Below are positions 40,817-50,998 of a DNA stretch of 64,000 nt, in pieces. The stretch is from contig AP038806.1 in the NCBI GenBank assembly GCA_047150005.1, positions 1,632,001-1,696,000 of the forward strand, read 5' to 3'. The translations under genes were made by a program, and so were the position numbers. The notes beneath the pieces are model-generated. The model worked only from the letters and a program-made list of their open reading frames with translations. It ran no database searches and was not told the DNA's origin. The stretch comes from Nitrospira sp. (GTDB lineage: Bacteria > Nitrospirota > Nitrospiria > Nitrospirales > Nitrospiraceae). Every line of letters starts with the position of its first letter. Position 1 is the stretch's first letter.

Positions 40817-42601
40817 ATGTACCCCTACAGTCTCATCGGCAATTGCCAGACCTCCGCGCTGATCAGCGCCGCCGGCTCCGTGGAATGGATGTGCGCCCCC
40901 CGTCCCGACAGTCCTCCGATCTTCGGCCGGCTTCTCGATCCCGACGGAGGCCATTTCTCGATCATGAGTCCGGCCGGGGCCAAGGAGCCTACCACAAGCC
41001 AGCAGTATCTGCCGAATACCAACATTCTGATCACGACGGTCACCAGCGCCAACGGCGACGCGTTTCAAATCACCGATTTTTGCCCGCGCTTCGAGCAGTA
41101 CGGCCGCATCTATCGTCCCGCCGCGCTGTTCAGGCTGGTCGAACCGCTTCACGGCACACCGGCCATCCGGGTCAGTTGTCAACCGGTGTCCGGGTGGGAC
41201 AAAGTGCCCGTGCCTCCCGTAAGAGGGAACACGCACCTGCGCTACGACATCCGCGGGGAATCCCTTCGGTTGCTGACCAACATGCCGCTGACCTACCTCT
41301 GCGATGAGATCCCGGTTGCGCTGACGCGGAAATTCTATTTCGGCCTGACCTGGGGACTGGGCATCGAGGACGATCTCATCAAGGTCACCCATGACTTCCT
41401 CGAGCAGACGGCCCGCCACTGGCGGACATGGGTCAAGCATTGCTCCGTTCCGTTGCTCCATCAACAGGCGGTCATCCGCTCCGCCTTGGCCTTGAAACTC
41501 CATTGCTTCGAGGATACGGGCGCCATTCTTGCCGCCATGACCACCAGTCTGCCGGAGGAAGCGGGCGGTCCCCGCAATTGGGACTATCGCTATTGCTGGC
41601 TTCGGGACGCCTATTTCGCCCTGACCGCCTTCAACAATCTGGGGCACTTCGAGGAGATGGAAGCCTTCCTGAACTTTCTCCTCAACATCGCCCATACCCA
41701 TGAACATTCCCGTGACCGACTGAGGCCCGTCTATACCCTCAGCCAGGGGCTCCCGCTTCCTGAGATCGAGCATGCCAACTGGGCCGGCTACCGTGGGAGC
41801 ACTCCGGTCCGCAGCCACAATCAGGCCGCCGACCAGATTCAAAACGATGCCTACGGGGAGATGATCCTGACCTTCACGCCGATTTTCTTCGATGAGCGGT
41901 TTTTCGATCTGCGCACCAAGGATCTGGACGGACTCCTGGGTCACCTGGCGCAGCTGTGTGTCCGCGGCATCGGCCAGCGGGACGCAGGCTTGTGGGAAAT
42001 CCGCGGCGGCTGGCAGGAGCATTCCTTTACGAACCTGCTCTGCTGGGCCGGGCTGGAACGTCTCGAGCGTATTCAGCACGCAGGGCACCTCCGTTCGATT
42101 GCCTTGGATTTGACCGCCGCCCGGCTTCAAGCGGCCCAAGCCTTGCTCAAGGGCGTGCAGGAGGGAGCGCTTCGGAACGGTCCGACTGATTCTAGCCACG
42201 ATGCGGCCCTCTCGCAACTCGCCATCTTGGGCTATCCGGATCGCCACCTCTGCGAGTCCACCGTCCTGCACATCGTCGACGACCTGGCCATGAAGCGCGA
42301 CGGTGCGGATACGGGGTTTTTCTACCGGTACGTCCGCAAGGACGACTTCGGAAAACCGGAGTCCGCATTCGTGATCTGTTCCTTTTGGATCGCACAAGCT
42401 CTGGCCCGCCTGGGCCGGCTTGCTGAGGCACGAAGCATTCTGGATCGCGTGCAGGCCGCCGCCAATCACGTCGGGCTATTCTCGGAACACTTCATGCCGG
42501 GGGCGAACATCCAGTCCGGGAACTTTCCTCAAGCCTATTCTCATGTAGGCATGATCAATGCCACCTTTGCCGTCAGCCCCCCTTGGAGCGACGTGCTGTA
42601 G
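40817..42601 (+). CDS. Glycoside hydrolase family 15 (trehalase/glucoamylase-like)
   Basis: TTSLPE, RNWDYRYCWLRD, GLWEIRG, GLFSEH, GNFPQAYSH. Confidence 0.93.
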   Translation: MYPYSLIGNCQTSALISAAGSVEWMCAPRPDSPPIFGRLLDPDGGHFSIMSPAGAKEPTTSQQYLPNTNILITTVTSANGDAFQITDFCPRFEQYGRIYRPAALFRLVEPLHGTPAIRVSCQPVSGWDKVPVPPVRGNTHLRYDIRGESLRLLTNMPLTYLCDEIPVALTRKFYFGLTWGLGIEDDLIKVTHDFLEQTARHWRTWVKHCSVPLLHQQAVIRSALALKLHCFEDTGAILAAMTTSLPEEAGGPRNWDYRYCWLRDAYFALTAFNNLGHFEEMEAFLNFLLNIAHTHEHSRDRLRPVYTLSQGLPLPEIEHANWAGYRGSTPVRSHNQAADQIQNDAYGEMILTFTPIFFDERFFDLRTKDLDGLLGHLAQLCVRGIGQRDAGLWEIRGGWQEHSFTNLLCWAGLERLERIQHAGHLRSIALDLTAARLQAAQALLKGVQEGALRNGPTDSSHDAALSQLAILGYPDRHLCESTVLHIVDDLAMKRDGADTGFFYRYVRKDDFGKPESAFVICSFWIAQALARLGRLAEARSILDRVQAAANHVGLFSEHFMPGANIQSGNFPQAYSHVGMINATFAVSPPWSDVL

Positions 42602-42630
42602 GTCCTGAGTGATGAATCAACACGGTTCCT

Positions 42631-43050
42631 TCATTTACGGGCTTCGACGTGGATGGTCGCGGTCGGGCTGATCTCGCCTCTGGGGTTGTCCGCATCGAAC
42701 CACACGTTGAACTGCAGGGTGCCGGATCGCAGCGGACAGAGGCTGGCCGACTCTCCCGGCCCGATCGTGATGGTATCGCCGATTTCCCCGAAGAACGAAC
42801 TCACACCCTTCTGGCACCCCAATTCTTCAAGCAGCCGCCCGTGGAGAAACCCGATTCGCACCGGGGTGGCCCGAAGATTCTCCCAACGGATCTCCTCGCC
42901 GGAGCGGGCATAGACGGTCAACGGCTTCACGATGTCCGAAATGCGGATCGTCCGGACGGCCCCCCGGCTGTCCGACATCGGGGAATGCCCGCAGGCTTGG
43001 AGCGTGCAGCTCGCGACCAGAATGAGAAGACCGACGCGTGCCCGTATCAT
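42631..43050 (-). CDS. Hypothetical lipoprotein (possible cupredoxin-like beta-sandwich)
   Basis: Lipobox LQAC; GEEIRWEN..TIGPGESASLC..GTLQFNV; GAGGGAG RBS. Confidence 0.65.
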   Translation of the reverse strand: MIRARVGLLILVASCTLQACGHSPMSDSRGAVRTIRISDIVKPLTVYARSGEEIRWENLRATPVRIGFLHGRLLEELGCQKGVSSFFGEIGDTITIGPGESASLCPLRSGTLQFNVWFDADNPRGEISPTATIHVEARK

Positions 43051-43145
43051 TGTCAATACTCCCTCTCGTGTGAATTGCATAACGATGTTCCGGCGGATGT
43101 GTGTCGTTCCTCTCGGGACGGCTCGGCTTGCGCGTATCCGACCGG

Positions 43146-43502
43146 TCAGCGAAGCGGAGGATGAAACAGCGTGAGCGTGGGTACCGGCAGGTGCGAGGAC
43201 GACAACGTGTCCGGAGCCGCCACGATGACGGCAACGGGTGGAGGCTGAGCGGCGGTCGTCAGAATGGAAAATCCTTCCAAGATGGACGTGCTCAGGAGAT
43301 CGGAGGACGACGCCGGGGTCAGCAATGTGCCGGAGACCTCGAGCATCTGGATGATAATGCACAGACAGAGACATAGGACCGTCGCTCGAGCGCCCCGCCG
43401 CAGCTTGCCGAAGCGCTGTCGATCGGCAACCCCGCCCGGAAGGCTGACCTCGGTCTGCGTCGAGCCAGAGACCCCGCCTTTCTGATTTCGCTCATGAATC
43501 AT
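43146..43502 (-). CDS. Hypothetical membrane/secreted protein ending LFHPPLR
   Basis: ATGA overlap with upstream stop; hydrophobic CLCLCIIIQML; Pro-rich C-terminus. Confidence 0.55.
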   Translation of the reverse strand: MIHERNQKGGVSGSTQTEVSLPGGVADRQRFGKLRRGARATVLCLCLCIIIQMLEVSGTLLTPASSSDLLSTSILEGFSILTTAAQPPPVAVIVAAPDTLSSSHLPVPTLTLFHPPLR

Positions 43503-44158
43503 TGCACGGTGAAATGCGCGCGGCGGTTCTGTTGCCAGCAGCGTTCTTCGTGTTGATGACACAACGGGCGTATCTCTCCATAGCTGACGATCTTCAACTT
43601 CGCGGCCGGTATGCCGAGATCTTCGAGATAATGTTTTGTCGACTTGGCGCGCTTTTCCCCCAGGATAAGATTGTAGGCCTGCGTTCCGCGTTCATCGCAA
43701 TGCCCTTCGATCACGACGGATTTACCAGAAAGATCGTTGATAACCAGCGCGTTCGTATCCAGCACGGAACGGGCGTCGGTTCTGATCGTATAGCGATCCA
43801 AGTCGAACAAGATGTCGGTCAGGACGGGTTCGGTCTCCAACGCCGCAGCGCCCGCCTGCGATTTCGGCTGTGCGACGGCCCGGTGCGGCCCTGAATCGGG
43901 AGCCGACTGTTCACGGCCGGACGCGGCGACCGAGGAACTGCCGACGGGATGAGGCGGGGCCGGAGCCGGCTGGTGGTCGGGGAACGTCACGATCTTATCC
44001 GGCACGATGGTCTCGACCGGGGCCGCTTTGGCGGCGGCTGGCGATTGTTGTTCGCCGGCGGAGGAGACGGCACGCTTGGCGCATCCGACAGTCGCGCCGA
44101 GTGTGCCGATACACAGGCATGCCAGAGCAAGCTTGAGTGTCCACGATTGATTCAGCAT
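43499..44158 (-). CDS. Pal/OmpA-family peptidoglycan-binding lipoprotein
   Basis: Lipobox TVGC; ILFDLD, IEGHCDERGTQAYNLILGEKRA, SYGE, NRRAHF. Confidence 0.92.
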   Translation of the reverse strand: MLNQSWTLKLALACLCIGTLGATVGCAKRAVSSAGEQQSPAAAKAAPVETIVPDKIVTFPDHQPAPAPPHPVGSSSVAASGREQSAPDSGPHRAVAQPKSQAGAAALETEPVLTDILFDLDRYTIRTDARSVLDTNALVINDLSGKSVVIEGHCDERGTQAYNLILGEKRAKSTKHYLEDLGIPAAKLKIVSYGEIRPLCHQHEERCWQQNRRAHFTVQ

Positions 44159-44297
44159 CGTTCACCCATAGTAGATGGAAGCGAGAGATGGTCCTTCGTC
44201 TAAGCTCACTTAAATAACATGAGACAGGAGGACTTGGCAAAGCTTCGCCACGAGAGTTCGCCAGGCGGCACGTGGGCTCGGCATGGATTCTCAGACG

Positions 44298-44340
44298 AGA
44301 CAGGTTGTCCCGGCCGGTCGGCCAAACGGACAACCTGTCC
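44298..44340. promoter_or_regulatory. Pair of GGACA-N3-TGTCC palindromes
   Basis: AGACAGGTTGTCC (44298-44310) and GGACAACCTGTCC (44328-44340). Confidence 0.5.
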
Positions 44341-44427
44341 CGCTTGCAGGCTCTATCCGGGGTGATTGGACCTTCCCGGAAATCGGTCGTCGATCGAGGG
44401 TTTTCATCCCGGCCTCCTGGGGCGCCC

Positions 44428-44642
44428 CTAGCCCACATTATTCATGACCGCTTCTACTGCAACCGCCCATACGCCGCTGCGACGAGCCTGGCCGCGAGCT
44501 TCGCGCGGCCGGCGGGCAGGCTCGCCCCACGCGGCCTCAACGTACTGCACGAGTACGTCTCGGCCGCGCGGGACTCCGCGTGCCCGTCTCGCTTGGCGTC
44601 TCGGCGGTTTCGTCACGAACCGTCATGAATAAGGCGGGCTAG
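44428..44642 (-). mobile_element. MITE copy 2 (inverted relative to copy 1)
   Basis: CTAG-CCCACATTATTCATGA ... TCATGAATAAGGCGGG-CTAG; CTAG on both flanks. Confidence 0.85.
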
Positions 44643-44761
44643 TGCTGTTTGCCGGTCCGCAACAGGGGGGCTTTCGCGAGGTCCTTGAGTCCCACCAGGG
44701 ACTCTGGGTACACTTCTTCCATATCCGGCAGATCGATTCCACCTGTTGCAGCGAGGCTATC

Positions 44762-45427
44762 ATGGCGGAACCCTATCGCATCCTCTTGGCCGACGATCAC
44801 GTGTTGGTCGCCGAGGGAATTCAGAAGCTGCTCGAGCCGGAATTCCAATTGGTCGGCATCGTCGCAGACGGACGCGCGCTCGTCGCGGAGGCCGCGAAGC
44901 TGCAGCCGGACATCGTCGTGGTCGACATTTCGTTGCCGCTGTTGAACGGCCTCGACGCGTCGGTGCAGCTCAAGAAACACCAGCCCGATCTCAAGATCAT
45001 CGTGCTCACCATGCATTCGGAGCAAAACTTCGTCACTCAGGCGTTTCGAGTGGGCGCGTCCGGCTATGTACTCAAACAGTCCGTCGGATCGGAATTGGTC
45101 CAAGCGATTCGCGAGGTCGTGAAGGGACGGACGTTCGTGTCGCCGATGGTGGCGCAGAGTCTGGTCGACCAGGCGGTAAACAAGTCCTCTGCGGCGACGT
45201 CTGTCGATGCGGATCGGGCCTTCGCACCGACCCTAAGTTCACGTCAGCGTGAGGTCTTGCAGCTTGTTGCGGAAGGAAAGGCGACCAAAGAAATCGCGTC
45301 CATCCTCAACGTGTCGGTGAAGACGGTCGAATTCCACAAGACCAGGATCATGAAGGAGTTGCGCTTGCGGACTGCGGCCGAGTTGACAAAATATGCCATT
45401 GCGGCGGGACTGACGAGCATACACTGA
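44762..45427 (+). CDS. NarL-family response regulator
   Basis: ILLADDH, VDISLPLLNG, LSSRQREVL..GKATKEIA..TVEFHK. Confidence 0.93.
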   Translation: MAEPYRILLADDHVLVAEGIQKLLEPEFQLVGIVADGRALVAEAAKLQPDIVVVDISLPLLNGLDASVQLKKHQPDLKIIVLTMHSEQNFVTQAFRVGASGYVLKQSVGSELVQAIREVVKGRTFVSPMVAQSLVDQAVNKSSAATSVDADRAFAPTLSSRQREVLQLVAEGKATKEIASILNVSVKTVEFHKTRIMKELRLRTAAELTKYAIAAGLTSIH

Positions 45428-45431
45428 ACAA

Positions 45432-45515
45432 AGTGCTGAGTGCTGGGTTCTGAGTGCTGAGTTAGTGAGCGAGGTCCGAGCTACCCAGGACTCAGCACTG
45501 AGGACTGAGCACTTT
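45432..45515. repeat. Inverted heptamer (AGTGCTG) array between convergent genes
   Basis: AGTGCTG AGTGCTG GGTTCTG AGTGCTG ... CCCAGGA CTCAGCA CTGAGGA CTGAGCA. Confidence 0.75.
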
Positions 45516-45521
45516 CCTTCT

Positions 45522-46169
45522 TTAGAGAGTCGTGATCCCCTGGGCGAGCGCGAACTTGATGAGATCGGATGTTGTATGCACTCCGAGTTTCCGAGTGATG
45601 TTGGCTTTGTGAAATTCCACGGTTTTCATCGAAATCTTCAGCTCTTGGGCGATCAGCTTCGTGGATCGGCCGTCGGCCAGGAGCACCAGGATCTCTCGTT
45701 GGCGGGCGGTCAGATCGCTTGAAAAGCCCTCCGGCCTGAACCATTCGTGCTCCATCGCCTCACGGACCTCCGGATCGATCTTCGACGAGAGAAACCGTTT
45801 GTTGGCCAGGACGCTGTCGATGGCCGCACGCAGCTCATCCGAGGCCGATTGTTTGAGGACGTAACCGGTGGCGCCGGCTCGGAACGCTTCACTGATCGAG
45901 ACGGCTTCGGTGAGCATCGTGACCAGCACGATCTTGACCGACGGCAACAACTTCTTGAGTTGCTTGGTCGCGGCGAACCCGCTCATGCCCGGCATGCAGG
46001 CGTCGAGGAGGATGACGTCCGGCCGGCACTCCACGGCCTTGCCGATAATGTCCCCCGCGTCCTGCACGGTTCCGACGATGGTGAAATGGGACTCAAGGAG
46101 TTGGCGGATGCTTTCCAGGACGAGCGGATGATCATCGACCAAGAGGACTCTCGCCGTTTTCATGGGCAT
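45522..46169 (-). CDS. NarL-family response regulator
   Basis: VLLVDDH, LDACMPGMSG, LTARQREIL..TVEFHK; start uncertain (46163-46247). Confidence 0.92.
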   Translation of the reverse strand: MPMKTARVLLVDDHPLVLESIRQLLESHFTIVGTVQDAGDIIGKAVECRPDVILLDACMPGMSGFAATKQLKKLLPSVKIVLVTMLTEAVSISEAFRAGATGYVLKQSASDELRAAIDSVLANKRFLSSKIDPEVREAMEHEWFRPEGFSSDLTARQREILVLLADGRSTKLIAQELKISMKTVEFHKANITRKLGVHTTSDLIKFALAQGITTL

Positions 46170-46488
46170 AGCGCTCGCCCCTCCCGATTCGGTGGGCGGT
46201 CTTTCCCGCATACCCCCATCATCGTACAGGTCTTCCGGCCGTTTCAAGACGGGTCCTCCGCAAGCGTAAAGAAATTATCCCCTACGTGACTGCCTGCAGA
46301 AACTAGGCCTCTCCCTAGTTCTTCCGGGAACCTGGGGAAATTCCGAGTGCCGTGCCATGACCTCCCGGAGTACGGTGACTCAATAGGGATGGAATGGGAC
46401 GACTAGATGGAACGGGAGGGTATCGTCTCCGAGAACTGTATCTCGAGTCCACGGAAACGGAGCAGTTCGCGGTACGAGGAGAACGTGC

Positions 46489-48657
46489 ATGACAAGAATC
46501 ACCGTGCGACCGGGTCATCCCTATCCACTCGGAGCGACCTGGGACGGTGAAGGCGTCAATTTCGCGCTGTTTTCCGAGAACGCCACCGGAGTCGATCTCT
46601 GCTTGTTCGACCGACCCGACCAGGAGAAGGAAACCCACATCATCCGCCTGGAAGAACGCACGAACCAGGTCTGGCACGTCTTTCTTCCTGAGGCCAGGCC
46701 GGGCCAGCTGTACGGCTACCGAGTCCATGGTCCGTACGAGCCGCTGGCCGGGCACCGATTCAATCCGAACAAGCTGTTGATCGATCCTTATGCCAAGGCG
46801 CTGAACGGCGCGCTGCAGTGGTCCGATTCGATGTTCGGCTATCGGATCGGCGACACGGACGCGGACCTGTCTTTCGATGCGCGAAACAACGCGTCGCAGG
46901 TTCCGAAATCCGTGGTGATCGAAGAGGCCTTCACCTGGGGAGGCGACGCGCCGCTTCGTCGTCCCTGGAGCGAAACGGTGATTTATGAGATGCATGTCAA
47001 GGGATTCACGATGCGGCATCCCCTCATCCACGAGGCGTTGCGCGGCACGTATGCGGGACTGGCCACGAGACCCGTGATCGAATATTTGCAGCGCCTGGGC
47101 GTCACGGCCATCGAACTCCTGCCGGTGCACGCGTTCGTGGCGGACAAGCATCTGGGCGACAAGGGGCTGACCAACTATTGGGGGTACAACACGATCGGCT
47201 ACTTCGCCCCCGACCTGCGGTACGCCGCCCAGCCGGAGCTCGGAGTGAACCAATTCAAGACCATGGTCAAGACCCTTCATAGCGCCGGCATCGAAGTGAT
47301 CCTCGATGTGGTGTACAACCACACGGCCGAGGGCAACCAACTCGGCCCCACCCTCTCCTTCCGTGGCATCGACAATGCGGCCTATTACCGGCTGGTCCCG
47401 GACCAGCCCCGCTATTATATGGACTATACGGGCACCGGAAACACGCTCAACGTGCGTCACCAGCGGACGCTGCAATTGATCATGGACAGCCTCCGGTATT
47501 GGACGCTGGAGATGCATGTGGATGGATTCCGCTTCGACCTCGCCTCCACGCTGGCCCGGGAGCTTCACGACGTCGACCGGCTCGGCGGCTTCTTCGACAT
47601 CATCCACCAGGATCCTGTGCTTTCGCAGGTGAAGTTGATCGCCGAGCCCTGGGACATCGGGGAAGGCGGCTACCAGGTCGGGAATTTTCCCGCCGGGTGG
47701 GCCGAATGGAACGGCAAGTACCGCGATTCCATCCGGCGCTACTGGAAGGGCGATGGGGGGCAGGTCAGTGAACTCGGCTACCGGCTGTCCGGCAGCAGCG
47801 ATCTGTACGAGGCCAGCGGACGGCGCCCATTCGCCAGCATCAATTTCGTGGTGGCCCATGACGGGTTCACACTGCACGACCTGGTGTCGTACAACCACAA
47901 GCACAATGACGCCAATCTCGAAGGCAATGCGGACGGGTCGGACGAGAACCAGAGCTGGAATTGCGGGGCCGAAGGCCCCTCCGACGATCCCGCCGTCCGC
48001 GAGCTGCGGGTCCGTCAGCAGCGCAACATGCTGGCGACTCTCTTGCTGTCGCAGGGCGTTCCGATGCTGTGCGGGGGCGACGAAATCGGGCGGACCCAGA
48101 ACGGCAACAACAACGCCTACTGTCAGGACAACGAGATCGGGTGGTTGAATTGGGAAGTATCCAACGAAGATCAGGCGCTGTTTGCGTTCACCAGCGCACT
48201 GATCATGCTGCGGGCCGCGCATCCCGTCTTCCGGCGACGCCAGTTCTTCCAGGGGCGGAGCATCTACGGCGCCGACATTAAGGATCTATCCTGGTTTCGA
48301 CCGGACGGCGAGGAAATGACGGAAGCGGATTGGCAGCAGGGATACGTCCGCTGCCTCGGCGTGCGCCTGGCTGGAGATCGCATCGAGGAAAAGGACCATC
48401 TAGGCAACGCCATCCACGACGACACGTTCCTGATTCTTATGAACGCGCACCACGAACCCATTTCGTTCATGCTGCCTCCCCATCCGGCGAACGACCGCTG
48501 GCAGTTGGTGGTCGATACCACGCAGGAACTCATTCCCGCGCGAGCCCCCCTCGTCACGGAGGGCACGCACTACGACTTAAAAGGCCGTTCCCTGGCCGTG
48601 ATGCAGATCAGCACCGCCCTGCCGATCAAGCATCCGGCCCGGTCGTCGCCACTCTGA
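46489..48657 (+). CDS. glgX: Glycogen debranching enzyme
   Basis: [43 protein letters not shown]. Confidence 0.97.
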   Translation: MTRITVRPGHPYPLGATWDGEGVNFALFSENATGVDLCLFDRPDQEKETHIIRLEERTNQVWHVFLPEARPGQLYGYRVHGPYEPLAGHRFNPNKLLIDPYAKALNGALQWSDSMFGYRIGDTDADLSFDARNNASQVPKSVVIEEAFTWGGDAPLRRPWSETVIYEMHVKGFTMRHPLIHEALRGTYAGLATRPVIEYLQRLGVTAIELLPVHAFVADKHLGDKGLTNYWGYNTIGYFAPDLRYAAQPELGVNQFKTMVKTLHSAGIEVILDVVYNHTAEGNQLGPTLSFRGIDNAAYYRLVPDQPRYYMDYTGTGNTLNVRHQRTLQLIMDSLRYWTLEMHVDGFRFDLASTLARELHDVDRLGGFFDIIHQDPVLSQVKLIAEPWDIGEGGYQVGNFPAGWAEWNGKYRDSIRRYWKGDGGQVSELGYRLSGSSDLYEASGRRPFASINFVVAHDGFTLHDLVSYNHKHNDANLEGNADGSDENQSWNCGAEGPSDDPAVRELRVRQQRNMLATLLLSQGVPMLCGGDEIGRTQNGNNNAYCQDNEIGWLNWEVSNEDQALFAFTSALIMLRAAHPVFRRRQFFQGRSIYGADIKDLSWFRPDGEEMTEADWQQGYVRCLGVRLAGDRIEEKDHLGNAIHDDTFLILMNAHHEPISFMLPPHPANDRWQLVVDTTQELIPARAPLVTEGTHYDLKGRSLAVMQISTALPIKHPARSSPL

Positions 48658-48953
48658 CCGTGCACCATGTCGATCCTCCCGCCTCAGCGACGCAGCTGTC
48701 GCGTACCGTTCGAATCAAGAGAGTTACCTAGATAATTGCTCGTGGTAGCCAGGGGGTTTGCCCAGCGTGGACTATCTTAATGGCAGACGGTATGGTGAAC
48801 GGAAGGATGAGATTTCCGGATGGGCGGATAAAATGGTATCAGGGCAACAAGCCGGATCAGGTAGGAAAGGAGCCCGTTCGTTAGAAGGATGGGGGAGGGC
48901 CTAGGGCGGGTCTTTCCTTGAAGGGAGTAGGGGAACACGTGGGCGAAGCGGGC

Positions 48954-50057
48954 ATGGGGGGCAAGGGCGCACAGTGTCGGCGGATCCTCAGCCTGGCACT
49001 GTGTTGCTGGTTGTGGCTGGGAGGAAGCCAGGCTCTCGCATCGGATGAATATATCGCCGGCTATGCATCGGCGATGCTCGAGCATGAGTTCCGAGTGACG
49101 GATGCGGTCGTCGAGGTCCGGAATGGCGAGGTCGTCGTCACCGCCAGGAAGCTGGGCAATGTGGACCGTGACAAGATCGAGTCCTCACTGCGCCAGATTC
49201 CCGGCGTGACTCGGGTCACCCTCCGCACGGGCGATCCGGCCTCGATCCCTCCGAACCCGGAGGGTGCCCAGGTCACGATTCCCGAATCGCATACTAAATG
49301 GCTTCCCCGCGGCCTATTGTTTGCCCCCCTCCATGCCGACCCCCGATGGCCACATTTCAGCGCCAGCTATCGACAGTATGCCCAGGGTCTGAACCTGTCC
49401 GAAGTATTCGCCGCCAGTTTCGGCGAAACCTTCGCGATCTATCGGAATCGATCATTGTTCGGCGGCGAGTGGGATGTCGGCATTCAAGCCGGCGTGTTCA
49501 GTATTTTCGACATCAGCTCGGCCTCCATCGATCTGGTCAATGCCGATTACCGTGTGGGATTGTTGAGCAGCTATCGAAACGGCCGATTCTCCCTCATGGG
49601 GCGGATTCAGCACCAGAGCTCGCATTTGGGCGACGAATTCCTGCTGAACAATCCCGGCGTCACGCGGGTCAACTTGAGCTACGAAGAATTGGACACGAAA
49701 CTCTCGTACGAGATCTTCGACTGGCTGCGGGTGTACGGGGGCGGCGGCGTCATGGTCCACCGCCAGCCGGACGATCTCGGCCTCGCCACGACCCAATGGG
49801 GAGTCGAGCTGGTTTCGACCCGCACGTTTCTGGACGGAGTGCTTCGTCCTGTCGCCTATGGCGATTTTCAGTGCAACCAAATGAACAACTGGGGCGTCGG
49901 GCAATCCATCATGGCCGGCGTGCAATTTGAAAACGCCCGCATTGGAGACCGCCGAATCCAGGTCCTCGGCGAGTACTATGCCGGTCCCTCCCCCAACGGA
50001 CAATTCTATACAGAGCATGTCTCCTGGTACGGCATCGGGGTCCATCTGTACTTCTGA
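48954..50057 (+). CDS. DUF1207-type secreted/outer-membrane protein
   Basis: Signal peptide ALA-S; LFAPLHADPRWPHFS, LVNADY, HQSSHLGDEF, C-terminal F. Confidence 0.75.
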   Translation: MGGKGAQCRRILSLALCCWLWLGGSQALASDEYIAGYASAMLEHEFRVTDAVVEVRNGEVVVTARKLGNVDRDKIESSLRQIPGVTRVTLRTGDPASIPPNPEGAQVTIPESHTKWLPRGLLFAPLHADPRWPHFSASYRQYAQGLNLSEVFAASFGETFAIYRNRSLFGGEWDVGIQAGVFSIFDISSASIDLVNADYRVGLLSSYRNGRFSLMGRIQHQSSHLGDEFLLNNPGVTRVNLSYEELDTKLSYEIFDWLRVYGGGGVMVHRQPDDLGLATTQWGVELVSTRTFLDGVLRPVAYGDFQCNQMNNWGVGQSIMAGVQFENARIGDRRIQVLGEYYAGPSPNGQFYTEHVSWYGIGVHLYF

Positions 50058-50073
50058 CGCTGTACTTCTGACG
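50046..50073 (+). repeat. Perfect 14-bp tandem duplication spanning a stop codon
   Basis: CTGTACTTCTGACG twice. Confidence 0.85.
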
Positions 50074-50331
50074 GAACCGCGATGAGCCCGAACGGACAGC
50101 CGGGGGCTCCAGCCGGATAATCTGGGAGTTTCACCAGTTATTTGTGACACCGAGGCGGGCTAGCCTGGACACATGCAGGTGAAAGCGGTCCTGCAACAGG
50201 GTGCACTGTACTTGTCCATTTCGCCTGATTGGGAATTCAGGCAGAGGTGCCCCTCGGACTCGGCTATGGGGCTAGAGAGGAGGCACGTGCATGCAAGATG
50301 GAGCCATGAAGGTTCGACGAAAGGAGTCGTT

Positions 50332-50499
50332 ATGCTGAGCTGGGCGGTTACATTCTTTATTGTTGCGATCATTGCCGGGTTGCTTGGGTTGAGCGGCATC
50401 GCCGGGACAGCCACGCAAATCGCCTATGTCCTGTTCGTCGTCTTTGTCATTTTTGCAGCCGTGAGTTTTGTGATGGGGCGGCGGCCTCCGGTGACATAG
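50332..50499 (+). CDS. DUF1328/UPF0391 (YtjA-like) small membrane protein
   Basis: [44 protein letters not shown]. Confidence 0.92.
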   Translation: MLSWAVTFFIVAIIAGLLGLSGIAGTATQIAYVLFVVFVIFAAVSFVMGRRPPVT

Positions 50500-50548
50500 C
50501 CGCTTCGGATCTCGTGACAACGAAGCCATTGAGGATCGGAGGCAAATC

Positions 50549-50974
50549 ATGTCTATGACGAAACGCGTGCGGAGACTAATCACGGCCGTTCCAGGCTCTG
50601 GTCGAGCCTTGGTGACCGGCGTGTCTTGTGGAATACTGTGCGGACTTGCAGTCTGGCTACAGCCTGCGATCGCCTCAGCCGCCACATCGGCGCAGGATCC
50701 GAAGCATTTTGTCCTCGACGTGATCACGATCTCCGGGGAGGAATTCGTGGTCAAGGACGAAGCGGGAACCGAAGCCAAGATTCATGTGGGGACGGATACG
50801 GAGAAGTTCGGGCATGTCCAGCCGGGAGACCGGATCGATGCCTGGGTCTTGCCGAATGGTCATGCGAAAACCATTATGATTCTTCGCAGTGCGGCGTTCA
50901 TGCGATCCGAGCAAGACCGCGGGCAAGGGCAAGGGATCGCCCCCGAACCTGGTACGGGGTCTGTGCCGCGCTGA
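50549..50974 (+). CDS. Hypothetical secreted protein (small beta-barrel-like)
   Basis: GGAGG RBS; signal ending ASA; FVVKDEAG..VQPGDRIDAWV. Confidence 0.65.
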   Translation: MSMTKRVRRLITAVPGSGRALVTGVSCGILCGLAVWLQPAIASAATSAQDPKHFVLDVITISGEEFVVKDEAGTEAKIHVGTDTEKFGHVQPGDRIDAWVLPNGHAKTIMILRSAAFMRSEQDRGQGQGIAPEPGTGSVPR

Positions 50975-50998
50975 GCGTCCGCCCCGTGGCGTACGGTC

